64,000 nucleotides of DNA from Felis catus (lineage: Eukaryota), in the NCBI RefSeq assembly GCF_018350175.1, contig NC_058368.1, positions 179,058,001-179,122,000 of the forward strand. The letters are read 5' to 3'. The number at the start of each line of letters is the position of its first letter. The stretch's first letter is position 1. The translations under genes were made by a program, and so were the position numbers. Shown piece by piece: positions 38,433 to 52,573 of this stretch. A model generated the notes under the pieces. It did no database searches, was not told the origin of the DNA, and worked only from the letters and a program-made list of their open reading frames with translations.

Positions 38433-39859
38433 GAAAATATGTGGAAACTCCCATCCTAATCCATGCCTTGTGGTAGAGAAAACATTAACTTTGGAATCAA
38501 GAGACCTGGGAAGATTCAAATCCTAGCTCCACCACTGTGGATAGATACAATTTGGGATGAATTATTTAACTTTACGAGCCTCCCGTGGACACCAAAGACA
38601 GTGATTCCTTGCAGATCTCTGGCAGGATGAAAAACACTGTATGTGAAGAGCCCAGCTTCATGCCTGGCACATGGTAGGTACTCCACCAAAGAAAGGTATT
38701 TTTAATGATCTTCTACCTTCTTTGAATGGCTGGTTTTAAATTCTCCATAGTTTAGGGTTAGCTGCTGCCATGCCAACTCTGAACAATAAGGAAAACTACA
38801 GGAAGCAATTCACAAAAGCCAGATGAGTCTTAGAAATGAGAAATAACTTGATTAGGTCCCAGAACCCACAATGGACAAAGCTGAGATTGAACCAGACCTG
38901 CTCTATGCTAAATTAAAGCAGACTTGAATGACGGCTTCCACCATAAGCTGTTATTTGTCTGGAAGTGTAAAGTTGGAACCAGGAATGGTACTCCTTGGCA
39001 TTCTCACTCTACCCTCTCACTCAAAATTTATGGAAGCCACTACTAATCGATCATAGAACTCTTTCCCACCATACCCCATGCAGGCTTGGAATCAGGACTC
39101 CAGCCATCCTTGTACTATTTGTCATTTCTTTCTTTCCTATAGAGTCAGTTCATGTGGGTTTATTCTCCCTGAAATTTATATCTATGTTTCTTGATCTAGC
39201 TGAATAACCAAATGTCCTAAAACTGTTCAGCTTCATATGACAAGGTGAGGAATATAAATATCCCCTTCCACTCCAGGAAAATGCTCCAAAATCTTCTGTT
39301 TTATGGTGAGGTATAAATGGCTAAAAACAATCCATTTAAATTGAAATGTGTAATAGGCTCTGTATTTCTTGCTTTATATATATTTCTTTATTTAATCCTC
39401 TTAACGTTTCCTCTAAATTAGACATTAGGCCTTCCATTTTATAAAAGAATAAACAGAGGCCCGAAATTCCACCCAGGTCTCTCTGGCATGAAATCCAAAA
39501 CTCTTTCTCCTGTGGTAAATGTCAAAGTCCAAGAAGATTCTTTATATGGAGTTTGTTAACATTAAGTAAACTTGACCCCTCTCCCCTCATTAGCCCACAC
39601 TTCACATCCTAAAACAGCATTAAATCTTCAAAGGTTACTGCCTTCCATATTTATATATGGCTACATACTTCTTTGATAACTTTTCAATAGCCATAGAAAT
39701 ACGTTAGAAATTGTCATTGATTTTATGTAAATCCTGGAAGCTATATTTGACCCTTAGAGCAAATTAAAAAAGAGATGAAGCCCGTTTTGATGGCTCTGGG
39801 GTGGAAACCCATGAGGAGAAACCAGCAAAACCTGGCCCAAATCCTGGGGGAAATAAGGC

Positions 39860-40072
39860 TTTTTTTTTTTTTTTTTAGTGTTTTTAGTGTTTATTTATTT
39901 ATTTTGAGAGAGAGAAAGAGAAAGAGCATTGTGCACTTGTTGGGGAGAGGCAGAGAGAGAGGAGCTGTCAATGCAGAGCCCTATGCAGGGCTCAATCTCA
40001 CAAACCATGAGATGAGATCTGAGCCAAAATCAAGAGCTGGACACTTAATAGACTGAGCCACCTAGGTGCCCC
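39860..40072 (-). mobile_element. Can-SINE
   Basis: Poly-T and tttatttatttattttgagagag through gactgagccacctaggtgcccc; TSD aaataaggc at 39851-39859 and 40073-40081. Confidence 0.92.
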
Positions 40073-41275
40073 AAATAAGGCATTTCTAACATAACTACCC
40101 AGACAGTAAGAACTTAGATAAAAAGACTTATGCCCAGACCATAATAATCACATTAGTTCCTTGCATTTGCATAGGATTTTATAATCTGCTCTTTCATAGC
40201 TGGTGTTTTTTGATCCTCACACAGTGAAGTCTTACAGATGAGGAAACAGACAGTGAGAGGTTAAATGACCAGCATAAAGTCATACAGCTGAGCAGGAACA
40301 CTCTTGTTGACCCACGTCTCCTCAGTGCCATAGATACTCGCTGGTTCCTCTTTGCTTTGTAGCTTCCTTTCTTTCTTTCTCCTCCTTTCTTTCTGTCTCC
40401 TCTTTGTTCCCCCCAAGATACACATAGTTCCCCCAAGATACACGCAGTTCATCACTGGAAAATAGGTGCTGACATTAGGAGTGGCTCCATGATAGCTGAC
40501 TCCCTGTGTCTTTCTCAAGGCCAGTGGTCTGTCTCTTTCCTGGCACCTCTACTCTCTGGGGCATCTGCTCCTTTCTCTCCCCAAACAACTGGCTTCCTTC
40601 ATTTGTCCATCACTTCTGCTTCCTCATACTTTAGCTTCCTTAGAGCTATGTCCACCCTGACTCGATGCTATAGCCTCTCTTATTGCAACCAGTTAAACCC
40701 AGCCCTCAGGAAACATCCTAACACTGTGTGGCCTCCCACTGGGAGCTCGGCTGCTTCTAATATGTTATAAGCGGGGTGACAGACTCCAGTTCTTATCACA
40801 TTTCTTTATGCTGTCCCCTGCTCTTGTTATCCTCTTTTTTGTAAAATGACGGAGGTTTGAAAAATCATGAGGGAAGACTTAAAAAAAAAAACAGCAAAAG
40901 GGAAGGGAAGGTAAAAACTCTAAGACTCATCTCCAGTCATATCCTCAGTAGGTGCTAAAGGTATAGCATAAAGAACAGTGTAATGGAGCAGCTCAGAGCA
41001 TGGTCTTCAGAGCCAGGCAGGAGGAGATCTGAACACCAGCCATACCCCTGACTACCATGGAGCCTGAGGAAGTGTTATCGACTCTGAGCTTCAGTTTCCA
41101 CATCTATGACATTGAGATTTTCACACTTATCCCAGGAGTCATTCACTCAACAGGTATTTATTAAGCATCAACTGTGTACTAGGACTATTCAGGTACTAAG
41201 GATACATTGGTGAACTAGACTAGACAAAGCCTCCCACTATACACACATGCACATGCGTGTGCACGCATGCACGTG

Positions 41276-41307
<32 letters not shown>

Positions 41308-41480
41308 TCCCTAACAGCTGTTCAATCAAAAGAAGCCATTAGCAGAGTGATTCCTGAACTTTGGTTGACACCAGTGAGCTATTTAAACTCCCATTTGCCC
41401 TGGTCACACTCCATACTGATTAAATTAGATTGTCTGGTGGTGGTGACTAGGCATCAGAATTTATTAAAGATCCCCAAGAC

Positions 41481-41731
41481 TCCTGGGTGGCTCAGTCAGT
41501 TAAGCATCCGACTCTTGGTTTCAGCTCAGGTCATGATATCTCACTGTTTCATGAGTTCAAGCCCCATGTCAGGCTCTGACTGTCAGCATGGAGCTTGCTT
41601 GGGATTCTCTCTCCCCCGCTCTCTCTCTGCCCCTCCTCCATTCAAGCAATCTCTCTCAAATAAATAAATAAATAAATAAACAAACAAACAAACAAACAAA
41701 CAAACAAATAAACAAATATTAAAAAAATAAT
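41481..41731 (+). mobile_element. Can-SINE with (AAAT)n(AAAC)n tail, nested in a MER5-like element
   Basis: cctgggtggctcagtcagttaagcatccgactcttggtttcagctcagg; TSD ttaaagatc(c/t)ccaagac at 41464-41480 and 41732-41748. Confidence 0.92.
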
Positions 41732-42162
41732 TTAAAGATCTCCAAGACATTCGAATGTGCAAAGTTTGGAACCCGTGCATTAGCAGTGGATACTCCCTAG
41801 ACAGATGTTTGCCTCTGACTCCTCATCTGCATTCTAGCTGGACACTAGTACCTCATTCGTTCTAGCCAGAGGCTGGGTGATCCCAGTCAGAGTCATAGCA
41901 GATATTTATATTAGCAACCAAAAGGATAACTCTGATTAAAAGTAGGAGAAGAAGTCATCTATGTTAACTCACTGGTTCAGACAAATGTGTTTGCTTCTTA
42001 TTCATATGACATGAGGCAGCCCCTCCTGAGCACTTATGAGTCAATTTTGTGAAAGTTATAAAGTCTCCTTGAAACAGCCTCTTCATTCAGCTTCTCTGCT
42101 GCTAAACTCTTTCTCAAACTTAGGGGTAGGTCTCAAGGTTTCTCAAAGATTTACAGAGTTTG

Positions 42163-42382
42163 GGGGCACCTGGGTGGCTCAGTCGGTTAAGCATCCAACT
42201 TCAGCTCAGGTCATGATCTCATGGCTCTTGGGTTCAAGCCCCGTGTTGGGCTCTGTGTTGTCAGCTCAGAGCCTAGAGCCAGCTTCAGATTCTGTCTCTG
42301 TCTCTCTCCATCCCTCCCTGTTCTCCCTCTCTCTCTCTCTCTCTCTCTCAAAAATAAAAAAAAAAAAAAACCATTAAAAAAA
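42163..42382 (+). mobile_element. Can-SINE (SINEC_Fc-like)
   Basis: ggggcacctgggtggctcagtcggttaagcatccaacttcagctcagg; perfect TSD aaagatttacagagtttg at 42145-42162 and 42383-42400. Confidence 0.95.
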
Positions 42383-42773
42383 AAAGATTTACAGAGTTTG
42401 TGGAACCATCAATTAGAGGATCTCTCTCTCCAAAGTGTCTCCTATTTATTGAGGAGACTCTAACCCACAAAGGGGATCTGAGCTTATGGAGCTGAGAATC
42501 AAAAGTAGAGGAATTTCAGAGACTGCCACCTGTCCCCATTACAAATGGATCAAGGTCAACCTATTACCTTCCAGGTAGCAAAAGCTTCAGAATTATTAAA
42601 AAAAAAAAAGAGGCACTGTTATTTTCACAGCAACAAACAATAAATACACTTTCTCCTGCCCTGAGAAGCCCTTTGGTGTCCATGATCCTTGTGCCACGTG
42701 GCCAGCCCAGGCCTTCAGTTAACACAGGGCTACACGCTCAAGCAAAAGTAGACATTATCTCAGCATGCTGTTA

Positions 42774-43172
<399 letters not shown>

Positions 43173-44116
43173 TCAAGGGAATAAAACTCATCCAAGCTGA
43201 GGGGACATTAATAATTTCACCCTCTGCAAGAATCAGAAGGGAGACTGTGGTCCCCAGGGTAATCCCCAAAGTGCCTGGGAAGCATCAAGGAGAAATATTT
43301 TCAAGTATACCGCCCTTCCACTTAGCCATTGCCTGGTTGTCAGATAAATACACATGTGACCGTTCCATGTCAGGGGCCACTGCTTCTCTGGCCCTCTAAT
43401 TTCAGGAGTGTGCGTATCACTAGTGGAAACTCTTGTTCCTCTGATTACAAAGGCCCTACGTTGTTATCGTAAAAATGCAAACATAATAGAACTGCATTGC
43501 TTATAAAGTGAGATCCTACCTCAAGATTAGGGATTGTTAACATTTGGACGGTTATTCTTACAGAGATTTTCAAGGCCCACACGAATATACACATGTAACA
43601 TTTCATAGAAACCATCCCTTCATATAAAATCAGTCTCCAGGCTCCTGCAGCTTATGGCCCTCTTGGTCTAGCCCTGGAGTGTTGTTCAGCCCAAGGCCTC
43701 TCCAGACAAAGCTTTATCGCCAACCGTGAAAAATCTGCAGCCTGATCTGTGGCGTCCTGCGTGAAATACAGAGGAGAGTGCTCTTGTCTCCAGTTCAGAT
43801 AAAGAGCATCTCCTGTCACTGCCCTACACAGTCAGACACCAGTTGCTGTGGCTGTGGGAAAGGTGCTTTCCTTAGATAAAGTGCTGACACACTTAATGGG
43901 TTTGTTTGCTCCATCAACCACAGGAAGGGTGGTCCATCAAGTGCTGTCTCCGCTAAATTCTCACCCATCCCTTTACCTCTTTTCTTTCTGCTTATCTTCT
44001 ACTTTTTTTCCTCTGTTTTTAAGCACGTGTCTGCTTCTCTGCTTGTGAGTATTATTTACTTTCTGTCTCTCTGGGTCACTATGTTTATCTCTGCTTTTCT
44101 GTCTGACTCCATCTCC

Positions 44117-44119
<3 letters not shown>

Positions 44120-44147
<28 letters not shown>

Positions 44148-44159
44148 CCTCTCTCTCGC

Positions 44160-44188
<29 letters not shown>
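44120..44188. repeat. Compound (CT)n(GT)n microsatellite
   Basis: Seen directly. Confidence 0.95.
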
Positions 44189-44190
<2 letters not shown>

Positions 44191-44529
44191 GTCACTCTCT
44201 GCCTCTCTTCTTTTTTTCCTAACTAACAGCTCCCTAAAGCCCTTCTGAAGTAAGAAGCTTAAGGGAAATCCAGTACTGAATGTTCCAATCAATTATAAGG
44301 ACCTGGAAATTGCTACCGACTTTCTGGGTATCTAGTTCAAGGTCATAGAGCCAAGGCCGTGAGAGGAGCCAGGAGTCCTGAAGCAGCTCTCTCCCTCTCC
44401 CTCCTCAAACTACTCACTCCTGAATCTTCTTGTCCTACTAGCACAGAGATGTCTGCCATAGAGTATATGTTTTAGATTCAGTCGGCTCTGGGTTTACAAT
44501 CTCCACCTTGCCCTGTACTAAAGACCTTT

Positions 44530-44950
44530 ATCAATAATAGCAAACATTACTGTGCACTACTCTGCCCCAGACACTGGCTGCATACATATTAAATCATTTA
44601 CCCTCCTAACCATACCATGACGTGGGCCCTATCATTATCCCCATTTTACAGATCGATGAAACTCAAGCAATATGCCCAAGGACTCCATGCCTGGGAGTGT
44701 TAGAGTCAGAGTTCACACTTGGCCATCCAGCTCTTGGGCCCACTGTCTCAATCAGTTTGGACAACAGTTTGCTCTATGCTTGACTGCTCCTCTTCATTCC
44801 CTCAAGCCCTGGTTTCTCATCTACAAAACGTAGGCCATAACAGCACTGTGTCCAAAGACTGTGAGGAGACCAGCTCACGTGTGAAGTGCTAGGCATATGC
44901 CTTGTGCCAGCGAATGTTAGCTGTTGTCTTGTTGTTAATTTTAGGACTAT
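44530..44950. mobile_element. Two adjacent, oppositely oriented MIRs
   Basis: attatccccattttacagat (minus, about 44530-44750) and ggtttctcatctacaaaa...gtgaagtgctaggcatatgcc (plus, about 44760-44950). Confidence 0.7.
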
Positions 44951-45534
44951 TACCATCATTCCTGCTTCAGAGATAAGGACACAGAAAACTCTCAAGAGAT
45001 TGAAACTTGCCCAAATCCCATCAAAGTACAAACTATGGGACCAGATCTGGTAGAGAGGAGGGCAGGATCCTAATTCAAGTGGTGGTTTTACTTTTTGTCC
45101 AAAGCTAAGCTAATGAATGGTCCATCCCCCAAGGCTTTTGCCTGGAAATCTGTTTCTCTTTCCACTAGCCAGAGCTGCCTTAAAATGTCTAATAAACAAT
45201 CTCACAATCCATATTATGGTCTATAGTGTTTCTGACCTACATTTAACACTTAGACATGACTCCCCATGGTGAAGTTGTCATTATTTATATACAGATGGAC
45301 TTTCTCTGTAAGGCATACTTATTAGCCTATTTGCATGGGGCTGGAGACAGTTGGGTTTCCTACCAGGTCATCTTCTTGGGAACCACCTGTGAGCCTATAA
45401 GAGTGGCCTCCAGCAGCTTTTTCTACTGGTTGACCCTGCCCACCCCCACCTTCTATAACTGAACGGTCTCTCGGTAGTGCTCTCTCTGCGATTTGTTTTG
45501 TTTTATTTTTAACACAGAAACATAAAAATGGGCT

Positions 45535-45755
45535 TTGTTGGGAACCATCCTAATGGCAGCACTCTAGGGGGATGTTCCTGAACTCCTGATGAAGAGATCC
45601 CTAAGGCTGTCCTGGTTCCCAACCTCTCTATTGTTTTTTTTTTTATTTGTTTGTTTTGTTTTAACTCTTTTTGGATTGTCTGAGCTGCACAAATATCCTT
45701 CTAATAAATTCCATTTTTTCTTAGACTAGCTCTGGTTGGATTTGTTGCAACCCTG
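45535..45755 (+). mobile_element. ERVL-type LTR fragment (LTR16/LTR33-like)
   Basis: aatatccttctaataaattccattttttcttagactagctctggttggatttgttgcaacc resembles the LTR16/33 3' end. Confidence 0.5.
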
Positions 45756-46389
45756 TCTGGTCAGAACTCTGCAGGGTGAGACTGGTTCCTTGCTGCTGCC
45801 CTCTGGAATTCTGAAACAAGAGCTGAGGGGAAGGCCAGTGAGCCCCTAGTCCGTGCTTCCCATTGTACAAAAGAAGAAACGGGAGAGCCAAAGTGAGCAA
45901 GTGACTTGGCTTCACTGCCATCTTTTAAAAGTCATTTGACTGAGGCGGGAAAGAAAAGAGACATTCAGGCCATGAGACCAAGTGAGGACTATGTACCCAA
46001 CCTTAAACTTCGTAAGAACCTGAATTTAATTTCTACCACCAAGAAAAATCTGATTTGCTCCAGGTCACACTGTGGCAGTGGTATAGCTTGAACCAGAACT
46101 CAGCGTTCTTCTCCTTCTGCACTCTGAGAATCTAACCCAGGAGAGCAGATAACACAGATCCCACGAGGCCAAGATCAGGGGCATCTGCCTCAGTGGGAAT
46201 CCAAGCTGCTCCCTGTTATTCATGTCACAAGTTCAGTACCTAAACACCACACTCTGGTCCAGAGAAGAAAAAATATTCTACACCTACCTAAGTTTCATCA
46301 AAGATTAAAAAAAAAATTCTATGGGGAAATGGCTTGCATTTAACAGTGACTACATCATTAAGTAAAATTGTTGCAGTCTTATTTACCAA

Positions 46390-46391
<2 letters not shown>

Positions 46392-46438
<47 letters not shown>
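46392..46438. repeat. Perfect (GT)n microsatellite, about 23 units
   Basis: Seen directly. Confidence 0.97.
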
Positions 46439-46441
<3 letters not shown>

Positions 46442-47425
46442 TGTTAAGCCTAGAGTTTTACTTGGTAGAAATAGGAAAAAGAGTTGGAGGAAAATGACTG
46501 AAGATGAGAAGAAGTGACCCACACAGCTACTTAGTGCAAAGGGCTTTGCTCTCTAGCCAGACTTGTCCATATAATGGCTATGTGGCCTTAGAATCTTCTC
46601 CTTCCTTACTGGCAAGATGGGAGATAGAATACTCACTCAAAGGATTATTTTGAGGTGAGAAAAAATGAGATGATGCCTTTCAAGTGTTTAATATTATAGC
46701 TGGCACCTAATAAGTGTTAAGTAAATATCAGCTACTATTCTTACTGTTGTTGTTGGTTCCCAAGCACAGAGGTGATCACCCTGGGAAACTCTGATCTGAG
46801 CATACATAAATAAAAGGAATATATCCAGGAAGGAGTGACCAAGGCAAATAAAATACACAAGGGTTTAGATTACACGGAAGAAATAAATTGATGATGGAGG
46901 GCCTTCAGCAACGTGGGGCCTCTCCTGAGAAGCTGGAAAAGAAAAAAAAAGCCTCATCTATCTGCAAGGCTTTAAGCATGGCCTTGAAGTCAAGGGCACG
47001 GCAGATGTAGTTTCAAGGTCCTTTTTTAGCACTTGGTCTCTGTTATAGCTTCAGGAGGGAAACATTTTTTTTTTTTTGGCTTCAGAAGGCCCAGAAAGAT
47101 GCTTCTGAAAGCAGCTGATCATGCCAGGGAAGGAATTACTGAAGGGCCCGAAGGCCCTGACCACAAGGAAACTGGAACAACCTGCAAGGCACTGTTCTGG
47201 GGCATGTGAGCCCAACCACGGCAAGCACTGGGCTCCCAGGGCTTGGATAAATATAGCGATGCTCTGCTTGCATGTGATTCATTAAGGAGACACTGTGCAC
47301 AGCTGAGCACTCGCTAAATGCAAATGAGGCCCCATATGGTGTGTACGATGCTTTGCACCACCTCTTCCAGCAGGTACATAAAGTCTCAGCCTAAAATGGA
47401 GATGCCAACCTCAGGCCAGCAGCCC

Positions 47426-47445
47426 GGGGGGGGGGGGGGGGCGGG
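47426..47445 (+). repeat. Poly-G tract (G16 followed by CGGG)
   Basis: Seen directly. Confidence 0.95.
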
Positions 47446-47629
47446 CAGAATCTAACCAAGGAATCCCCAGGCTTGGAAAGGCAGCAGGAAGATTCACTTT
47501 GGAATCCAGGGGCGGAGGGTTTCCTGGCACACCAGCCCCATTTCATTTCCTAAGCCTTAGCCACTTCCATCTCCTCTGAGCCACATTCACAGGCACCCTC
47601 CTGATTTCTTCCCTGCCTCTTTAAGGCAA

Positions 47630-47850
47630 GATAGAAATTTAGGTAAGACTGTGTGGGTTCCAAACTCTGCTCTGACACTTACCAGTTGGGTGACTTTGGC
47701 TAAGTTTCTTAACCTCTCTAAGCCTCAATTTTCTCATTAGTAAAGGATATTAGCCCCATAAGGTGGTCCTACAATCAAATAATACATGCAAAGGAATTAG
47801 CACGGTTCCTAGCATATAGTAAACACTAAATAAATGCTAGCATTGTTAGC
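47630..47850 (+). mobile_element. MIR
   Basis: tctgacacttaccagttgggtgactttggctaagtttcttaacctctctaagcctcaattttctcat. Confidence 0.8.
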
Positions 47851-49554
47851 ATTTTCTTACAGATCCACCCACTTTTGCTTCCTAAGCATTAACAAAAAAA
47901 TCAGCATCTTCATAAAGACTAAGATAATTTATTGAGCACCTACTGCGTGCCAGGCACTGCAGTGGAAATAAATATAAGTAAGAGCCAGTCCCCATCCACC
48001 CCCCCACCCTCAGAGAAAACACAAGGCAGGCTGGCAGGTAAATTATGTATTGCTACATAGTAGAAACATTGGACAATAAAAGTTTAACATTATTATTGTG
48101 TCCTAAGGGTCAGGCACTGTGCTAAATTCTTCACATGGATAAGCTCATTTGGTACAGACTATTATTATTTACATTTTACATCCGAGAAAAGGCAAAGAAA
48201 TTAAAGAGGCCTGACCCAGGGGAATGGACGGGCAGAGGAGGGAACAAGGGCTCTGGTGGACACTGACCAGAGTTATGGCCTACCTGGGGGCACCTCTCTG
48301 CCCTCAGCAGCCCCCTTCCCTGGCCATCCCCAAGGCCTATCTGCCTCTCCTTCCCTCCTCCCCAGCAGTCCCATCAGTGCCCTGTAGGATTAGACCTGGG
48401 TCCAGGTTTCCAAGGTCTTCCTCACCTGGTCAAATCTTTGCCTAAATTTGCTCTTGGCAAGACACATAGCCGACTCATTGTACAAGTGCCTGGGAGCAAG
48501 TCCAGATTAATTGAAAGGTTTTTAAAATGAAAAATCTATTTTAAATGTCTCTGTGATCTTACATGGAAAGAAGCAAAATTACTCAACAATAAGGCTGTGC
48601 TACACCATTCTGCTACTGTGCCACACAAGTCAAGATACTTGTATACTCCCAGATATGAGGCCAGTCACTGGAGGAATACTACAGGAGGGAGGCCACTTAT
48701 TCAGTGAATTTCCTTAGATGAATGGCATGCACTCCACACAATGTGAAATCAGACTCTGACGGCATCTGAGCCCTCGCTGTGGGAGTACTTCATTCTTAAC
48801 CATCACTACTTGTCTGTTTTCTCCATTAGAGTATAAGCTCCACACTGCCAGAGCCAAGGGTATCTCGGTCTAACTAGCAATAGGCCTGGACCATCAAAAA
48901 TGAGTTACAAACAAAGGCATCAACTAATGAGAAAGTATCAAATGAATGAACTTCAAACACCTTCAATGCAGCTGTACAGAAATGTCTTATGAATCAGTTA
49001 GTTCTAGTAGTGCCTGAACTAGATAGTACTGATAGTCATCTTCAGCTATGCAGCCTTATTTCTATTACCTTTACTACTAAGACGACAACTACTATTACTA
49101 GCTGCTACTTACTAAGCACTTGCTAGGTACCTGGCACTATGCTAACTGCACAAGGTCACCCAACTTGTAAAAGGCAGAGTCAGAATTTAAGCCCGAGTGT
49201 CTCTGGCTCCAAATTTCACTCTTAACCACTAGGCAATTCTGCCTCCAGAGAATAGAGCAAAGTAAAAGCCAATTGCCAGGAACTGGAACAAGTCAGAGTG
49301 AGTACAAAAGCATCATTTGCCCAGGGAATGATGTTACAGGACTGTCCAGGGAAGCTAAGCGGCTGGCTCTAACCTTTTTCTGTTCAAGCTCTAAATCCAA
49401 GGTGACTTGGCTGGTTTTCCTATCCTCCAGCCAATAATTTGCTCTATTAGAGTAGGTGTAAATTAGTGACTTTACAAAAAGAACCATTAAGCCATTCGGG
49501 GTTTCAGAAGAGTGATTAGTTGGAAAAATCACAACATTCTAAGACCAAACCTAC

Positions 49555-49663
49555 CTGCCTCTCTGCCTCACTCTCTCCTCTCTCTCTCTCCTTCTCTCTC
49601 TCTCTCCCCTCACTCTCATTCTCTCCACCCACCTCTCCCTCTCCTCTCTCTCTTTCACACACA

Positions 49664-49718
<55 letters not shown>
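49555..49718. repeat. Compound CT-rich tract plus (CA)n of about 31 units
   Basis: Seen directly; source of the H/T- and V/C-rich spurious ORFs. Confidence 0.95.
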
Positions 49719-49721
<3 letters not shown>

Positions 49722-50934
49722 ACTCCAACCTGGGATGCAGAATAATTGTAGTGAAGCCAGTGGCTGAGTCTGTCTGAAAATCATCCTTGCATTTATTGAT
49801 CCTACTTACAGAAAGAAACACTTGAGTGCACTCAGCAGGCACATTTAAGTCAAAGCAAGGAGGCTGGAAAAGGATTCACGAATGAGAAGGCTCCCCTCCT
49901 GATTCACCTCTGCTCTGCGTGGTCCTTGTCACCACCCTGACCCCTTCCCCTATCACCAAGGTCTACAGACCCAAAATGAATCCAAAATTACAGATTAAGA
50001 CAAGGAATTTTGGTCCAATGAGTCTAGAGTGAGGTGTCCAGCTCAACAGTGGCCAGAGAAATTCTCTTTTGAAGGGTAACAACTTTGAAACATAAGGCAT
50101 TATTCCCTTAAAAGAGAAAGAGTAGAGCCACATCTGAAAGAAAATATGCAAGGAAGGGCTAGTGTAACTACAATGTTGCCTATGTGGATTGCCAAATAGC
50201 CTGGCCGCCAGAGAGAACTCCATGCAGACTTCATTTAATGCATGAAACAGTGGAGAGACAGGGCTCAGACAAGTTCGTGGTGCCAATCCTTTTGTCAATG
50301 ACAAAACTATTTCTCCTTGAGCTGTTATTTTTTCCGAAGTCTGACATTTGAGGAGGGATCACCCCTTAGGGCAAACTGTAAAGAAGTTTCAGTAAACAGT
50401 CTTCCTCTTATAAATCACCCCAGGGAAGAATGATTTGCAGATGAGAGAACAAAAGACAAACTCAACATGTGGAGAATCCTGTTTTGAAAAATGTCTAGGA
50501 TGAACACACAAAAATTAATGCAATCACTGAAGAAAAACTGCCTCAGGTGGAAGCGTAAACAGCCTAAATAAAAAAATAAAAGTTAACAATACAGAAGGAA
50601 TGAAAGAAAACAATCCATCCAAAATATTCACTTTACTTTAAAATATGGCAACCCTGTGCAATAAATTAATAGTAAGTAGGTAATAAGATGCAGGCAAAAG
50701 CCTTGAAAAGGACTCTAAGTTATGAATAGAGTATGATGGGTGCCCCAGCCATCCTTCATTCTACTGAGAGGAGCTGCAGCCTTTATGTAATTTGGCAAGA
50801 AGAACTAAGTTGCATAATTCTGCACTTAAGTAAATTTCTCTATTAGCATGAAAAATAATCTTCAGGGTTTTTCCCCTCAATATAATTAGAAATTGAGTGT
50901 TCCCAAAACAATGCTCCTAAACAGAAATAGAAAT

Positions 50935-50935
<1 letters not shown>

Positions 50936-50975
<40 letters not shown>

Positions 50976-50976
50976 C
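50936..50976. repeat. (CA)n microsatellite
   Basis: Seen directly. Confidence 0.95.
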
Positions 50977-52299
50977 TCTCCCTCCCACTGCACCCCCCCT
51001 TCCATGTTTCCAAGACATATAGAGAAAAATATAGATTGCATCATTTAATTGAAAGAGAAACTAATAATCTGCAGAGGCCTTCCAGCATTTTCTCTTTAGG
51101 CCAAGTTAGTCTAAAAGTTTGGGTACCAAAAAGAAATTAGGTTTTGGCTGCTTCTCTGACCATTTCTTCCTTCAGTTTTTTAATGACCTAGAAGTGTCCA
51201 TAATATCTTAAGTGATAACAGAAAAAATTAAGTTTCAGAATGATTACACACATACACACCCTTAGTAAAAATCTGGAAATCTATACATAAGTTGATAATA
51301 TTGTTATCTCTCAGAAAAAAGATTGTGTATGTCAACAGTCTCCTTACACACTTTTATGTTAAATAATTTTTAAACAAGTAAATATTATATTTAATTTTCA
51401 AAAGAGATATCTACTCTTCCTTTGAGTGAATGTTTCTTGCCTTCCAGCTCCTTTCTACAACAATCTTTTCCCCCCAAGTCTTTCCTGAATTTTCTCATTC
51501 TTACCATGGGAAGTAGGGCTGGAGCCCAGGGATTTAATTCAAGGTCATACAACTGGAGGCAGTTTTCCATCTACAATTACAGAATCAAAGTACTGATTTT
51601 TCACCTACTTCCTAGTTCCGGGCATGGACTGCAACTAGAGAGACAACTTCCCAAGTAATGTCAAGTTATTGTTACTCTAAACTGTGGTCATGCCAGGAGC
51701 ATCTGAACGTTGTCCTTTCAGTCTTATGGCTTCCTGAGAAGGATAATGAACTCTAGGTTTCTGCTCAGTTCTACTGAGAGCCTTGACATTTAGTATGCGG
51801 AGTTAAATAGAATTTTTAACAATTTTCCTTACTAATGGTGCTGGGTTTTAAAATGCATATGCACTAAATCTCTTTGTTTTGAAATTTGGGAACACCTGAG
51901 GAAGCGTTGAGTTCCAATGTGTTAAGGTTTACATTACTGAGGACCTCATTTGAGTAGTATTGTGGCTGAGAGTGTGGCTAGACACCAGCAGCGAGCAGTG
52001 TGACAGAAAGCAGTGTCTGGGTCTGAGAACGAGTTCTAAACCAGACTCCAGCATTGGTGTGTGTTGTGACCATTAGCAGGTTACTTTGCTCTGGATGCTG
52101 GTTCCATCATCAACAAGTGGACTACGTTACCACTGAGGGAAGCCTCCAGCATCTTTCACTAGCTTCTATTGTCAGAGAGTCAGATAGGGCATCCCGATTA
52201 TCTAAGACCAAGCCTACTCACTCTGCAGAGTTCACCAGCATGGCAAATGGCCCCATAGACACCCAAGTCAGAGCCTGGGGTAGGTAGTGATGGGTCTTT

Positions 52300-52530
52300 G
52301 TGGATCTCTTCACCTGCCAGCTGTCATTTAGTCATCAAGTCCCATTAATTCCACCTCCCAAAGCCATTTTTTCCCAGCTCTACTGAGATGTAATTGACAT
52401 GTAACATTGGGTAAGTTTAAGGTGTAAACCATAATGATTTGATACATATATTTATTGAGAAATGATTGCCACAATTATAGGTGACACATCTATCACCTCA
52501 TATAATTACAATTTTGTGGGTATGTGTGTA

Positions 52531-52573
<43 letters not shown>

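Noticed and set aside
40405..40450. About 20-bp tandem duplication gttcccccaagatacac (and an 11-bp x3 repeat at 14770-14803)
   Set aside because: Ordinary slippage duplications with no spacer structure, so not CRISPR-like or otherwise informative.
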